Source of the DNA: an uncultured Candidatus Saccharibacteria bacterium | GTDB lineage: Bacteria; Patescibacteriota; Minisyncoccia; Phycocordibacterales; UBA5272 | NCBI GenBank assembly: GCA_964512315.1 | Contig: CAZEIK010000003.1 | Location: forward strand, 22,548 to 86,547 | Direction of reading: 5' to 3' | DNA length: 64,000 nucleotides | In this document: positions 9,083 to 18,897 of the stretch, piece after piece | Layout of the letters: each line of letters starts with the position of its first letter | How positions within the stretch are numbered: the first letter of the stretch is position 1 | Program-made: the position numbers and the translations under genes | The notes under the pieces: generated by a model | What the model saw: the letters and a program-made list of their open reading frames with translations, nothing else | What the model was told of the DNA's origin: nothing | Database searches by the model: none

Positions 9083-9626
9083 TCATTAATTTTTTATACA
9101 CCTCAACCAAGGCTCGCGTATCTGCGAGTGCTGTGTGGGCACGCTTGTTATCAACTTTAAAAAGTTCACACAACGCCCTTAAGCTAAAGCTTTGAGCTTG
9201 AGGCAAGTCGTAGAGTCTGGCGAAAGCAATAGAAATGGTATCCAGTTTACCGTAATGCATCTGATTCTCAACGCCGGTTTCTTCAAATGCTTTTTGTACG
9301 AATGAGTAGTCGAAAGTTAGATTATGAGATACAAAAGTTGAAGATTGAGTTAACTTTGCGAACTCCTCCATCGCTGCCTTGCGATCAACAGCAAACATCC
9401 AATCAACCTCATTATAACCATTAACACGCAGCGCTTCTTCTTCGGCTAAGTCTGGTCTTTGCATTTTAATTTTCCACTCTTTTTCAGCAATTATTTCTAA
9501 CTTAGGACCCTTGCCTTCACGCTCTGTTTGCTTAGCTAATATTACTGCTAACTCGATAATCTCATGCTTGTCTGGGTTGGTGCCCGTTGTTTCTGTATCT
9601 ATAAATGCTAAGTTATGTGCTTTCAT
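9075..9626 (-). CDS. DEDDh 3'-5' exonuclease (DnaQ-like)
   Basis: FIDTETTG, SHNLTFD, HTALAD motifs. Confidence 0.9.
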   Translation of the reverse strand: MKAHNLAFIDTETTGTNPDKHEIIELAVILAKQTEREGKGPKLEIIAEKEWKIKMQRPDLAEEEALRVNGYNEVDWMFAVDRKAAMEEFAKLTQSSTFVSHNLTFDYSFVQKAFEETGVENQMHYGKLDTISIAFARLYDLPQAQSFSLRALCELFKVDNKRAHTALADTRALVEVYKKLMNA

Positions 9627-9664
9627 GTAGTTTAATCTTAAAGATTATAACATGAAAGAGGTCA

Positions 9665-10525
9665 CTATTTCATGTACTTTTCTATGTTCTTGCGATGCTC
9701 TTTGAATGTTTTTGCGTAATACATATTACCATCGTCTCCTGTTATATAGTAAAGGTAAGATGTTCTAGTTGGGTTACGAACGGCGTTGATTGCATCTAAT
9801 CCAGGGTTATTAATCGGTGTTGTCGGGGCTCCATATATCTCATATGTAGTTGTAGCCACATCAACTTGTAGTGGCATGTCTATAGCTAGCCTTTCAAGAA
9901 GAATACCAGCAACTATTTTCATGTCGTCCACATTGTTAGCTTCAGCTTGAACAATACTCGCAAGAGATAGAAGTTCTGGTTCCACATAACCAACTTTTTT
10001 GTTAAATTCTTTACGCATTGTGGCAATAACATCTGTAGTATCTGACTCTGGCAAGAAGAAATAAGTATCTGGGAATAAGTATCCTTCGTTTCTTTTTGCT
10101 TCAGCAATAAATTCTTCCTTTTTTATATTCTGTAACCTACCCACAACACGTTCAGCTATATCTTCAGCAGTAAATCCTTCTGGTATAGTTATTGAAATTG
10201 CCGGAACATCGAACTTGCCAGATGAGAACTTGTTTATGATACCCATTAAGTTAGCCGGCTTATCGAATATATATAGCCCGGCTACGATTTTCTTATCTTT
10301 CTTAACTAGTGACATATACGCACGCATTAGAACTGGCGACTTTAAATACCCTTCGTCTTTTAAATCTTGCGTAATCTCATAAATATTTGAACCACTCTTA
10401 ACTTCAAACACTTCGTTAACCGGGAAATTTGAAGTCGGGACAAAAACATAACTGTACACAATCGATAGGAATATCGCCCCGATTATATACTCCATTATTC
10501 TTATGATTCTAATATTTCTTTTCAT
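9665..10525 (-). CDS. mltG: Endolytic transglycosylase MltG
   Basis: TIPEG, EGYLFPDTY, LASIVQAE, MPLQVD, PINNPG, YLYY motifs. Confidence 0.9.
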   Translation of the reverse strand: MKRNIRIIRIMEYIIGAIFLSIVYSYVFVPTSNFPVNEVFEVKSGSNIYEITQDLKDEGYLKSPVLMRAYMSLVKKDKKIVAGLYIFDKPANLMGIINKFSSGKFDVPAISITIPEGFTAEDIAERVVGRLQNIKKEEFIAEAKRNEGYLFPDTYFFLPESDTTDVIATMRKEFNKKVGYVEPELLSLASIVQAEANNVDDMKIVAGILLERLAIDMPLQVDVATTTYEIYGAPTTPINNPGLDAINAVRNPTRTSYLYYITGDDGNMYYAKTFKEHRKNIEKYMK

Positions 10526-10530
10526 TAGAT

Positions 10531-12081
10531 TTAAATTGGTAAATTATTAGGCGCGTCACCTTTGACACTATCAACCCTACGCAACCCTGGTGTTGTTGCA
10601 ACAGCTCCAGGCAAGTGCCATAAAGTTGCAAGCTCTTCCAAGTTAAGTACGAATACATTATCTGGATGAGGATGATGTGTAGGGTAAAGGAATCCTTCCC
10701 ACATTATACGACCTATCTTACGAAAGCCCAATGACCTTTTGAACAGTGCCCAGTCCCACCAATCATCTATGTCAATAATATTTTTTGGTTTGCTATTTTT
10801 ATTTCTAACTTCTATGTGTGGGTAGAATGCTTCGCGCTCAACATAAGCTTCGAAGAATTCTTCTTTTCTCCATGGCTTGCGTTTTTTAAAAGTGTCTTGC
10901 CAATCATAATCATATGGGTCAGATGGACTAAGTCCAAATGTGTTATATCCTGGTTGAGACATATGTTTGAACACGCTTAATACAGATTGAATATTTTGGC
11001 CATTAAAGTTTTCTTTTTTAGCAAGATACATAACCCTAATAGCTGCACGCACTGTGGGTTTAGAAAGTTTTTTACCTATAGCTTCTATTTCCTTCTTTTC
11101 TTCTTCGTGCAAGTCCATCGGTTTCTTCTTTTCAAATCTTTCCTCGTCATCTTTGCCATAAGTAAGGTCGACTTCTATCTCTTTTTCAGAACCGTCTTCT
11201 TGTTTAACTTTTATTCTTTTCTTTTTAGCGTTACCATACTCGTCATAAATAGTGTCTCCTTTTTTATATTTACCCCCAACCTTAACTTCTCTTATCTGTT
11301 TAATTCTAAGGGCCGCCAATTCTTTTAGGGTTAGATGTTTGTGATCCAGAGGATTAACATATGTGGCATCAAATTTTTTATTGTTGAAGCTTCCATCTTC
11401 ATCTTGCACCATTATCTGATACCAGCCGAATTCATTTTTACCCAGAGAGCCCAACCACTCCAGCATTGGAGTAAGCGGATCATGTTTGAACTCCTCTTTG
11501 GGATCTTTATTCATCTCAAAGTCAACATATGTTTTGATTGGTATATAATCAGCTTTCATTTCTAGCTTTTCCAGCTTCTTACCCTTATCCTCTTCTTGAA
11601 CTGTAAATTTTCTGTTCGTAAAAAAATCGCACGCCCACAAGTTAGTCTGATCCGATCTGTGGTCGTAGAAAATTTTTGTAACATAGTCCTCAGCTTCATT
11701 TATTTCAATGTTAGGGTATTGAGAATAGAAGTTATTTTGTATAAGTTGTATAAACTTTTTCTGAGTTCGTATAAAAAATCTAACATTACCTTCTATTGAA
11801 GCGATTTCTAAAGAAAAGAAAATTGGTAAGTTACCTTTTATATTTCTCACATACCAATTACCTATTCCTCCTCCCTGAAGAAATGCCGCTGAGGCTATCT
11901 CAGTAGCAAGAGGTGATTTAAATACATCTCGAGGAATTTTTATTTCTAATAACTTCCAATCTAAACCATCCAAATGTTTCTGATTAACATACAACATCCA
12001 GAACTTCCAGGCCCAAGCACACATAATTAAGAAAAGGGATAGATATACAACAAATAAGAAAATATCTAAAACTATCTGCAT
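10531..12081 (-). CDS. Membrane-anchored hypothetical protein, Patescibacteria-type
   Basis: Long ORF, N-terminal TM, LLEIKIPRD..KSP, FSLEIAS..G.VRF and C-terminal LNLEELATLWHLP motifs; start placed at ATG 12081 after TGTTATACT. Confidence 0.75.
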   Translation of the reverse strand: MQIVLDIFLFVVYLSLFLIMCAWAWKFWMLYVNQKHLDGLDWKLLEIKIPRDVFKSPLATEIASAAFLQGGGIGNWYVRNIKGNLPIFFSLEIASIEGNVRFFIRTQKKFIQLIQNNFYSQYPNIEINEAEDYVTKIFYDHRSDQTNLWACDFFTNRKFTVQEEDKGKKLEKLEMKADYIPIKTYVDFEMNKDPKEEFKHDPLTPMLEWLGSLGKNEFGWYQIMVQDEDGSFNNKKFDATYVNPLDHKHLTLKELAALRIKQIREVKVGGKYKKGDTIYDEYGNAKKKRIKVKQEDGSEKEIEVDLTYGKDDEERFEKKKPMDLHEEEKKEIEAIGKKLSKPTVRAAIRVMYLAKKENFNGQNIQSVLSVFKHMSQPGYNTFGLSPSDPYDYDWQDTFKKRKPWRKEEFFEAYVEREAFYPHIEVRNKNSKPKNIIDIDDWWDWALFKRSLGFRKIGRIMWEGFLYPTHHPHPDNVFVLNLEELATLWHLPGAVATTPGLRRVDSVKGDAPNNLPI

Positions 12082-12130
12082 TTGTTGTAAGTATAACAAC
12101 AAAAATAACTTTTGTGTCTATCTGTAAAGC

Positions 12131-13168
12131 TTAAGCAAGTGAATAAAGTCCAGCTTGGTTCTTCTTGAAGAATTTAGAATTCTGAAGATTAACAACAATA
12201 GTGTTCGGTTTAACTTCACGCAAAGCTAGAACTTTGTCTATTATGTCTTGTTTAGACATCGGAGAACCCACCTCTTCCATTACAACTTTTATCAAATCAC
12301 GGACAACGCCACCGGTGTGACCCCAGTCTTTCAATCCGTACATACCGCGCCCAACTAGGACAAATCTCTTATCCTTGATAAGTTCATTATGGCAAGTTGC
12401 AACGTGCGCTTTTTTATTAAATGTTGAATTGATCTCTTTGGCAACGTCACGGAAATGCATAGGCTTACCTTCACGACGAAGTATTAAATATGCATAATCC
12501 TTAATACCACGAGCTTTAACAGCAGAACTAGTAACATGGCCCCATTCATTAAGAGGGTTCTTAGCTATAACTTTAGAGATAGATAGATATCTCTTGATAA
12601 CGTCGCGATTATCTTTGTACTCAGAAGCAAGAGCTGATAAGTCTGACACAAAACGAGATACGATTTCTTCTTCTTTTACTAATTCGTCTTTTGTAACATT
12701 CTTGTGCAGATTAGAAAGTGCGGAGTGAACATGCTTAGCCACCTCGTCGTCAACGCTCCATCTGTGGTCAAAATTATCATCTTCTTTGTGTTTCTTGAAC
12801 TTGCCAGAAAGAGTCATGAAGAAGTTAATGTGGTTATGTACAACCTCGTCATTAGAAATATGCTCCATTAATGTCTTCTCAGGAACTATTGATCCTAACA
12901 CTTTGACTATCTCCGCTAACTCCTCGAATACATTTTCTGCCTCTTTGTAGTCTTTTGATTTTTGTATTGATCCTAGTGCAAAATTCTCAATCTGGCGTAC
13001 ACGCTCACGAGTAATACCATACTCACGACCAATAGACTCTAGAGTATTCCTCTCTTTTGATTCTAGTCCGTATCTCTTTGTAATGACTTCTCTAGTGCGC
13101 GGATTAAGAGCATTTAGAAGCTTTTTAGAAACCGCTTTTGGTTTGAAAGTTAATTGTACTGTAGACAT
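12131..13168 (-). CDS. Sigma70 region-4 HTH protein with C-terminal winged-helix (RpoE/HARE-HTH-like) domains
   Basis: TLESIGREYGITRERVRQIE; GKPMHFRDV..., RFVLVGRGMYGLKDW. Confidence 0.8.
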   Translation of the reverse strand: MSTVQLTFKPKAVSKKLLNALNPRTREVITKRYGLESKERNTLESIGREYGITRERVRQIENFALGSIQKSKDYKEAENVFEELAEIVKVLGSIVPEKTLMEHISNDEVVHNHINFFMTLSGKFKKHKEDDNFDHRWSVDDEVAKHVHSALSNLHKNVTKDELVKEEEIVSRFVSDLSALASEYKDNRDVIKRYLSISKVIAKNPLNEWGHVTSSAVKARGIKDYAYLILRREGKPMHFRDVAKEINSTFNKKAHVATCHNELIKDKRFVLVGRGMYGLKDWGHTGGVVRDLIKVVMEEVGSPMSKQDIIDKVLALREVKPNTIVVNLQNSKFFKKNQAGLYSLA

Positions 13169-13223
13169 ACTTTATAAAGGCATTTGTAAATTAATATTAT
13201 TTTACTACAAAAGACATTTTTCG

Positions 13224-15623
13224 TCAAATAACTATATTTATAAGCCTATTTTTGATGTTTATAACCTTTTTGGGTTCAGAAGTAACATATTTAGCCCACA
13301 AATCTTGCTCCTTAACAAGATCTAATAACTCACTTTCTTCTATGTCTTTACCTACTTTTACCTCACCTCTTAACTTACCGTTCACCTGAATAGCAATAAC
13401 TACTTCATTTGCGGTTAACTTGGTCTCATCATACTCAGGCCATATCTCCTCTATATAATCTTTACACATTTCTGGAGCAAATATAGACAATATAGACATG
13501 AATTTATCGTATTCACTCTGAGACAAGCCATTAGACTCTAACTCGTTGAGCAATACCATCATAGATGATATGGCTGTGTTAAATTTGAATCCCTCTACAT
13601 CCTCGGCAACCTTTTTAACTGTCTGATGTATTATGTTCTCATTCTTACAAGAATTTCCTATTTTAGCTTTCAATCTCTCGACTCTTTCTAGAAATCTTTT
13701 TACTCCAACTATAGACTTTGAATCCCATACACCAGTCTGGCCAAATGGCCCCATGAACATCACATACATACGCGCTACATCAGACCCATGTTCACGTATA
13801 ACATCGTCTGGGTTGATTACATTGCCAAGCCTCTTACTCATCTTAACTCCACCTTCTCCCAGAACTAGACCGACTGTCTCAAGTCTTACGAATGGCTCTA
13901 TACTTTTGACTAGTCCTAAGTCATACAAAAACTTATGCCAGAATCTTCCATATATCAAATGCCTTGTCGCATGCTCAACCCCACCAACATAAACATCCAC
14001 TTGTGGGAACTTTTCTTGAGACTCTTTAGAGAATATTTCTTTATCGTTATGAGCATCAGGGAATCTTAACCAATACCAACTACTCCCTGCCCATTGCGGC
14101 ATTGTATTAGTCTCTCGCTTGAAGAGTTTAGCTTTGGGATCAGATTTATCACAAGTCACAAACTCCCCTTCGTCGTTAATAATCCCATACACATCAGTGA
14201 ACTCGCTTATATTGGCAAGTGGTGACTCGCCTGTTCCAGTTGGCTCATAGCTTTCAACTTCTGGCAATAACACTGGCAGCTCTGAGTCCGCAACAAGGTA
14301 TGACTTACTATAATCTGCCTTGCCATTACTACCAGTAGCAAATACAACTGGGAATGGCTCACCCCAATAACGCTGCCTTGCGAACACCCAATCACGAAGC
14401 TTGTACTTCTTAACCAACCTACCACCAACCGCCTCTGTGATTTTTACACGAGCAACTTCACTTGTCATATCATTAAAATCACTAGAATTTATTAATCTGC
14501 CATCGTGTGTGAATAAATCTAGTTCTATTTTAGGGTATATAGGTTGATTATTTACAAAACCTGCGACGTTGCCGATATTTGGAGCAATCTCAAAAGTTTC
14601 AGGATTTATAACTTGTACTATATCTATACTATATTTCTTGGCAAACTCTCCATCACGCTCATCGTGGGCTGGCACTGCCATGATTGCACCTGTTCCATAT
14701 GATGCGAGTACATAGTCAGCAATATAAACTGGAACTTCTTTTTGATTAGCTGGATTAATAGCCATCACACCCTCGAGCTTTACGCCTGTTTTTTCTCTAC
14801 CTTCTGCGCTACGTTCGATGTCTGTTCTATTCTTAACTTCTGCTAAGTAATTCTTAACCTCTTCCGTGTTACTAATAATATTTTTATCTAATAGTTCTGA
14901 GACCAACTTATGCTCCGGTGCGAGTACTGTATAAGTGCAACCAAAAAGGGTGTCGGCACGAGTTGTGAACACTGTGAATTTACCTTCAAAATTATTGGAC
15001 TTCAAATTGAAATCTATCTCGGAACCTTCTGAGCGGCCGATCCAGTTACGCTGTAAGTCTTTGACCCAAGGCTGCCACTCTGTTAATGTATCCAGGTCAT
15101 CAACTAATCTGTCTGCATAGTCAGTAATCTTGAGAATCCATTGGCGTAAAGGCTTCTTTTCTACAACACTTCCGCAACGCTCACACTTGCCATCCTCCAG
15201 GTCTTCGTTAGCGAGCCCAGTCATACACGATGGACACCAATTGATCGGCTCATAACTTTCATAAGCTAGACCTTTTTTATACAACTGCTTCCATATCCAT
15301 TGTGTCCAACGATAGAACTCCGGATCAGTTGTAGAGAAAACTTTGTCATAATCATAAGAAAGATTTAACTCTTTCATTTGCCTTAGAAAGTTATTGCAAT
15401 TTTTCTCTGTGGAGATTTTAGGATTAACCTTGTTTTTGATTGCGAATTGCTCAGCTGGCAAGCCGAATGCATCGAATCCTGTTGGATGCAGAACATCTAA
15501 TCCAAGCTTTCTTTTGTATCTGCTGTATATGTCGCTAGCGGTGTAGACTTTGGCATGACCCATATGCAATCCTTCACCTGACGGGTATGGGAACATGTCT
15601 AATACATAAGAAGTCTTTTTCAT
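13224..15623 (-). CDS. leuS: Leucine--tRNA ligase
   Basis: MFPYPSGEGLHMGH, NWIGRSEG, RDWVFARQRYWGEP, KMSKR. Confidence 0.97.
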   Translation of the reverse strand: MKKTSYVLDMFPYPSGEGLHMGHAKVYTASDIYSRYKRKLGLDVLHPTGFDAFGLPAEQFAIKNKVNPKISTEKNCNNFLRQMKELNLSYDYDKVFSTTDPEFYRWTQWIWKQLYKKGLAYESYEPINWCPSCMTGLANEDLEDGKCERCGSVVEKKPLRQWILKITDYADRLVDDLDTLTEWQPWVKDLQRNWIGRSEGSEIDFNLKSNNFEGKFTVFTTRADTLFGCTYTVLAPEHKLVSELLDKNIISNTEEVKNYLAEVKNRTDIERSAEGREKTGVKLEGVMAINPANQKEVPVYIADYVLASYGTGAIMAVPAHDERDGEFAKKYSIDIVQVINPETFEIAPNIGNVAGFVNNQPIYPKIELDLFTHDGRLINSSDFNDMTSEVARVKITEAVGGRLVKKYKLRDWVFARQRYWGEPFPVVFATGSNGKADYSKSYLVADSELPVLLPEVESYEPTGTGESPLANISEFTDVYGIINDEGEFVTCDKSDPKAKLFKRETNTMPQWAGSSWYWLRFPDAHNDKEIFSKESQEKFPQVDVYVGGVEHATRHLIYGRFWHKFLYDLGLVKSIEPFVRLETVGLVLGEGGVKMSKRLGNVINPDDVIREHGSDVARMYVMFMGPFGQTGVWDSKSIVGVKRFLERVERLKAKIGNSCKNENIIHQTVKKVAEDVEGFKFNTAISSMMVLLNELESNGLSQSEYDKFMSILSIFAPEMCKDYIEEIWPEYDETKLTANEVVIAIQVNGKLRGEVKVGKDIEESELLDLVKEQDLWAKYVTSEPKKVINIKNRLINIVI

Positions 15624-15644
15624 AATCTTTATAATACTATAAAC

Positions 15645-15676
15645 ACAAAAGAGCGTCCAATTAGACGCTCTTTTGT
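15645..15676. terminator. Intrinsic terminator hairpin
   Basis: ACAAAAGAGCGTC-CAATTA-GACGCTCTTTTGT. Confidence 0.7.
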
Positions 15677-15685
15677 TCTGTATAA

Positions 15686-16897
15686 CTAGTAACTTGGATA
15701 TTTTAATGGGTCAATCGTTCTCTCGAAACACTGATAGCCAGCTTTGTGATTCCAATTCGGGCTTTTCTCCATCATACCAGGATAATAGTAAGCTGAGGCA
15801 TCTGAGTTATAAGAAGCGTATTTAGGGCTAGTATAATCAAATGCACCATTGCCACGCTGATCCATACCGTTCTCGTCATACATTCTTTCTGTTTCAAAAT
15901 TTGCACAGATTTTAAATGTTGCCTTGGTTGGAATGTCACAAGTGATCTTAGATAGATCGTAGTTAGATGTCTGATTAAAATTATTAAACTTATTTGGGTA
16001 ATAAGTCACACAATCTTGACCGCGAGCTTTTACTGTCTGTGAGTTGGTTATAACTGCGTAAGAATAATCCTCTTTGGTGCTAGGATCTTTTGGAATAATC
16101 ATGCCAGAGCTAAGACCGTCACTGTATAAGGATTTGAGGTCTGCGGGCAAAGTCTTGGTCCTCTGCCAATTAGATAATATCTGTTGTTGTATGTTAGACA
16201 GGTTTTCTAATCTCTTCTCGTCGAATCTCATTTTTCTGATCTCAGCAGGAGAGCCAAGTATGTTGATCGAATAAATAACAGCGCCAATAACTAATACAGA
16301 AGATACGACAGTAAAGACAATAGGTATTAAAGTTTTCTTTGTATAGTCACGTTTAACAAGGAAGTAATGATAAGCCGCCAACCCGAACAAAACTACAAGA
16401 GTTGTTAGCATCTTTAACCCGAAACGAATAACTAATTCACCACCCAAGTAATAATATATAGTTGTAATTATTGAGGCCACTATTGCAAACAGAGATATAA
16501 ATATAGTCACATAGTGAGGCCACTTAAGTGAGCTTACATTTCTTCTGTCGGCGTTCTTCTCAAAATATTTAGCACGCATCCAAGCTAAAGCTAAATAAAG
16601 CGGGAATGCTACCAATAAAATAGCGACTGACATTCTAACGTCATCATTTACAACATTAGTGTCATACATACTAGATGTCAGAACATCTGGATACTTTTTA
16701 TCAATGGCCTCGAAGACTACAGATATAAGCGAACCAACGCTAGCTATGAGCGATACGAATATACCCAACTCTAAACCGAACTCCTTAGGAGTGATTATTG
16801 AGCTGCTGTCCTTATTGACTAGCTTAAATATTAAGTAAATTACCCCAACTAGAATTATAAAAGGAATAAGTAAAGAAACTAAAATTGCTGCTACCAT
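15686..16897 (-). CDS. Multi-pass membrane protein with soluble C-terminal domain (DUF5671-like)
   Basis: Several TM helices, GSPAEIRKMRFDEKRLENL, PKDPST...YSY, FKICANFE, WNHKAGYQCFERTI. Confidence 0.7.
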   Translation of the reverse strand: MVAAILVSLLIPFIILVGVIYLIFKLVNKDSSSIITPKEFGLELGIFVSLIASVGSLISVVFEAIDKKYPDVLTSSMYDTNVVNDDVRMSVAILLVAFPLYLALAWMRAKYFEKNADRRNVSSLKWPHYVTIFISLFAIVASIITTIYYYLGGELVIRFGLKMLTTLVVLFGLAAYHYFLVKRDYTKKTLIPIVFTVVSSVLVIGAVIYSINILGSPAEIRKMRFDEKRLENLSNIQQQILSNWQRTKTLPADLKSLYSDGLSSGMIIPKDPSTKEDYSYAVITNSQTVKARGQDCVTYYPNKFNNFNQTSNYDLSKITCDIPTKATFKICANFETERMYDENGMDQRGNGAFDYTSPKYASYNSDASAYYYPGMMEKSPNWNHKAGYQCFERTIDPLKYPSY

Positions 16898-16919
16898 TTT
16901 ATTTATATTTTAAATTTGA

Positions 16920-17267
16920 TTAATCTTCGTCTCCGTCTTTAAAAAGCGAAAGTCCCCAATTAACTACAGATAAGACAACGCCAAATATTATAGCTGTCCA
17001 AAATGAATTAATTGAGAACCCCACTAAAACATAGTCCACAATCTTTATCATCAAACCATTAATAACAATTGAGAAAAGTCCAAGAGTTAATATGTTAATT
17101 GGTAAAGATATAACCTGAACTAATGGCTTAATAAGTGCGTTAACTATAGCTAATAACAAAGTTACCAACCCAAGTGTGACAAAATAATTACCACTAATAT
17201 CGGCTCCTGGCAATAAATAAACAGTAATAGCAACGGCTATTGCTGACAAAATAAAGTTTCTTATCAT
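16920..17267 (-). CDS. YvlD-like membrane protein (holin superfamily IV)
   Basis: VNALIKPLVQVISLPINILTLGLFSIVING motif. Confidence 0.85.
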   Translation of the reverse strand: MIRNFILSAIAVAITVYLLPGADISGNYFVTLGLVTLLLAIVNALIKPLVQVISLPINILTLGLFSIVINGLMIKIVDYVLVGFSINSFWTAIIFGVVLSVVNWGLSLFKDGDED

Positions 17268-17308
17268 ACCCTTCCAGTATACTACTCCTACAAAAAAGTA
17301 AATAGACA

Positions 17309-18706
17309 CTATTTTAGACCTAACTCTCTCTTTTGTTTGTCTGATATCTCGCTAGGAGCATTCATCATTAGGTCTTTACCTTCGCCAGTTTTGGCAAAAG
17401 CAATAACTTCACGAATATTTGGCTCATTTTCCATTAACATCATGAGTCTATCGAATCCCCAGGCTATACCGCCATGTGGTGGAGCACCAAATTTCATAGC
17501 TTCTATCATATGGCCGAACATCTTTTCTATTTTCTCAGAATCATACCCCATGATCTCAAAAGTGGTCCTTAATGCATCCGGGTTATAATTACGCAAACTT
17601 CCTCCTCCTATTTCAAAACCATTTAAAGTTATATCGTATTGGGTTGTTAATATATCTCCTATATTTTTCTTAGACAGAAAGTCATTCATAGAGTCTTCGC
17701 GAGGTTTTGAAAAAGGATTGTGTGTAAAAGTCCACTCCCCTGTGCCGTCAACATTGTCTTCTCCAGTTTTCTCAAACATCGGGAAATCAACAACCCATAA
17801 AAAGGCTAATAAATTAGGATCATTTTTGTCTTCTCTTATGTCCGGTCTGTCGTTACCGTATTTTTCCATAGCCTCTTTATAAGACATTCTTGGGAAAGGT
17901 ATCTGTTGTATTCTCTTTTCTGGATAAAATTTCTTAACAACTTCAATAAGCAAATTCTCATTTAAATTAATAATATCCTCCTCTGAAGCAAAACTTAACT
18001 CCATGTCGAGTTGGGTAAATTCAGGCTGACGATCACCACGAGTGTCCTCATCACGCATACAACGAGCGAATTGAAAATATCTCTCTAAGCCAGCAACCAT
18101 AAGTAGCTGTTTGTATTGTTGAGGTGATTGAGGTAGTGAATAAAAATTACCTTTCCACACTCTACTTGGAACTACATAACTACGCGAACCTTCTGGTGTT
18201 GGTGCAGACATAAGAGGTGTCTCAACCTCGACAAAGTTATTGTCTATCAAATAATTTCTAATGTATTGCTGCACAAGAGAACGATTCTTCATCGTTTTGT
18301 TAAGTCTCTCTCTTCTTAAGTCTAAATATCTATACTTTAATCTTACTTCTTCATTAACTTCCTTACCATCCGTAGTTAAGTCAAATGGTGGAGTGTTAGA
18401 TTCATTCAAAACTTTTATGCCTAAAACTTCTAACTCTATGTCCCCATTTAAAACCCCCACTTTAATATTTTTTTCAGGCCTCTTGTTTACTTTTGCAACA
18501 ACCTCTATACACCATTCTGTTCTAAGAGTTCCACCTACAGCCAGGGCTTCTACGTGATTAGGAAGGATTACGGCTTGCACAACACCAGTAGTGTCACGCA
18601 AGTCCAAGAATATCATCTTACCTTGATCGCGACGAACTTTAACCCAAACATTCACAATGACTTCTTCATTAACTTTAGAAGACAGATCTTTTACAAGAGT
18701 ACGCAT
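17309..18706 (-). CDS. aspS: Aspartate--tRNA ligase (short form without GAD domain)
   Basis: OB fold, RLKYRYLDLRR, LPQSPQQYKQLLM, RDEDTRGDRQPEFTQLD, GAPPHGGIAWGFDR. Confidence 0.95.
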   Translation of the reverse strand: MRTLVKDLSSKVNEEVIVNVWVKVRRDQGKMIFLDLRDTTGVVQAVILPNHVEALAVGGTLRTEWCIEVVAKVNKRPEKNIKVGVLNGDIELEVLGIKVLNESNTPPFDLTTDGKEVNEEVRLKYRYLDLRRERLNKTMKNRSLVQQYIRNYLIDNNFVEVETPLMSAPTPEGSRSYVVPSRVWKGNFYSLPQSPQQYKQLLMVAGLERYFQFARCMRDEDTRGDRQPEFTQLDMELSFASEEDIINLNENLLIEVVKKFYPEKRIQQIPFPRMSYKEAMEKYGNDRPDIREDKNDPNLLAFLWVVDFPMFEKTGEDNVDGTGEWTFTHNPFSKPREDSMNDFLSKKNIGDILTTQYDITLNGFEIGGGSLRNYNPDALRTTFEIMGYDSEKIEKMFGHMIEAMKFGAPPHGGIAWGFDRLMMLMENEPNIREVIAFAKTGEGKDLMMNAPSEISDKQKRELGLK

Positions 18707-18741
18707 AGTTATTACACTATAACAAAAATATTCAATATATA

Positions 18742-18873
18742 CAAAATAGGACGCCCCCAGGAAGACTAATGTCTAACTGGGGGCGAAGGTGTGTGCCTTA
18801 GGAGAATTTGTCGGGGCATTGCGCCTCGACCTACAAGACACTCGGTGCGATGAGCGAAACCGCAACGAGATCT
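18742..18873 (-). ncRNA. Candidate structured small RNA or attenuated leader (~130 nt)
   Basis: GC-rich intergenic segment with several stems, preceded by TTGACA-17-GATAAT (18908-18880) and ending in a CGCCCCCAG/CTGGGGGCG hairpin; family unknown. Confidence 0.45.
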
Positions 18874-18897
18874 AGATTTATTATCTAAATTTTAAGT

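Noticed and set aside
16920-17267. Holin-family gene as evidence of a prophage
   Set aside because: YvlD-like proteins are common chromosomal membrane proteins, and there are no phage genes nearby
17309-18706. Short AspS (also short AlaS, DnaX and AtpH) as pseudogenes
   Set aside because: Frames and catalytic motifs are intact; domain trimming is expected in reduced genomes
18742-18873. T-box leader or SRP RNA
   Set aside because: No TGGNACC T-box bulge and no SRP GGAA/AGCAG motif is visible; kept only as an unknown RNA candidate
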